Part shown: positions 63,620 to 64,000 of the stretch, piece after piece
Layout of the letters: every line of letters begins with the position of its first letter
Position numbering within the stretch: position 1 is the first letter of the stretch
Origin: a virus
IMG/VR virus record: IMGVR_UViG_3300033156_000692
Direction: 5' to 3' (one strand)
Length of the DNA: 64,000 nt
Position numbers and translations under genes: made by a program
The notes under the pieces: generated by a model
What the model saw: only the letters and a program-made list of their open reading frames with translations
The model's database searches: none
Told to the model about the DNA's origin: nothing

Positions 63620-63694
63620 TGGTCGGGGAGGGCGGGATCGAACCGCCGACCTCGTGCTCCCAAGGCACGCACGCTTCCGCTGCGCTACTCCCCG
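63620..63694 (-). tRNA. tRNA-Pro (UGG); CCA encoded; C1-G72
   Basis: Anticodon stem CGTGC/GCACG, loop CTTGGGA; C1:G72 pair typical of bacterial tRNA-Pro. Confidence 0.75.
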
Positions 63695-63750
63695 TGTGTC
63701 CTTCTGCGGGGGTCAATTTTGGCCATAAATGTCCTCCACAGAAGGATAAT

Positions 63751-63827
63751 TGGTGGTCCCGGGGGGATTTGAACCCACCGCCATCAGGTTGAGAACCTGA
63801 CATCCTAGTCCGCTAGACGACGGGACC
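63751..63827 (-). tRNA. tRNA-Glu (CUC); CCA encoded
   Basis: Glu-type D-arm TCGTCTAGCGGACTAGGA, anticodon stem TCAGG/CCTGA, loop TTCTCAA. Confidence 0.65.
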
Positions 63828-63903
63828 TGGCTGCGGGGGTGGGACTCGAACCCACGACCGCCCGGTTAACAGCCGGATGCTCTCCCTGCTGAGCTACCCC
63901 GCA
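63828..63903 (-). tRNA. tRNA-Asn (GUU); CCA encoded
   Basis: Anticodon stem TCCGG/CCGGG, loop CTGTTAA. Confidence 0.7.
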
Positions 63904-63907
63904 ATCC

Positions 63908-63982
63908 TGGAGCGACCGGCGGGAGTCGAACCCGCGTTGCTGGCTTGGAAGGCCAGGGTCTTACCACTTAGACGACGGTCGC
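63908..63982 (-). tRNA. tRNA-Gly (UCC); CCA encoded; discriminator U
   Basis: Anticodon stem CTGGC/GCCAG, loop CTTCCAA. Confidence 0.7.
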
Positions 63983-63984
63983 TG

Positions 63985-64000
63985 TGGACCGCCCGGGATT
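63985..64000 (-). tRNA. 3' end of a further tRNA, truncated by the window edge
   Basis: TGG (CCA) followed by an acceptor/T-arm-like GCCCGGGATT at the window end. Confidence 0.3.

Overview
The window is a high-GC double-stranded DNA phage or prophage segment, essentially all phage, with compact translationally coupled genes and strong GGAGG-type ribosome-binding sites. It is myovirus-like (contractile tail). The left arm (1..~19100, minus strand) carries early genes: a DnaB-like helicase, a Cas4-like PD-(D/E)xK nuclease with a Cx2Cx5C iron-sulfur motif, many small accessory ORFs, two paralogous 'phage ABA sandwich'-like proteins, and an unusual cassette of two Amidoligase_2-like proteins flanking a YafJ-type class-II (Ntn) glutamine amidotransferase next to a DUF45/WLM HExxH peptidase, with a terminator and a 119-nt tRNA-like element immediately upstream. 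It then carries a ThyX-like protein, dCTP deaminase, an SPFH/band-7 protein and small membrane proteins. A lower-GC non-coding/regulatory island (13.8-15.6 kb) and a divergent-promoter switch region (18.2-18.4 kb, with RHH and HTH regulators) are present. From ~20.2 kb the plus strand encodes a metallophosphoesterase, anaerobic ribonucleotide reductase NrdD (minus strand), an SSB-like protein, a sigma-70 family protein (minus), a secreted/lipoprotein PKD module, RusA, then a complete morphogenesis block: terminase large subunit, portal, HK97-type prohead protease-scaffold fusion, major capsid, sheath, a tandem tube protein, a chaperone pair with a CCCTTTA -1 frameshift, tape measure, P2/Mu-like baseplate proteins (gpU/X/D/V/W/J/I-like), tail fibres with FN3, His-rich, NHL-propeller and beta-helix proteins, and a glycosyltransferase. 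The right end carries peptide deformylase and a densely packed minus-strand array of 13 tRNA genes plus one truncated at the window edge. Coordinates of starts are inferred by eye from RBS spacing and may be off by a few codons.
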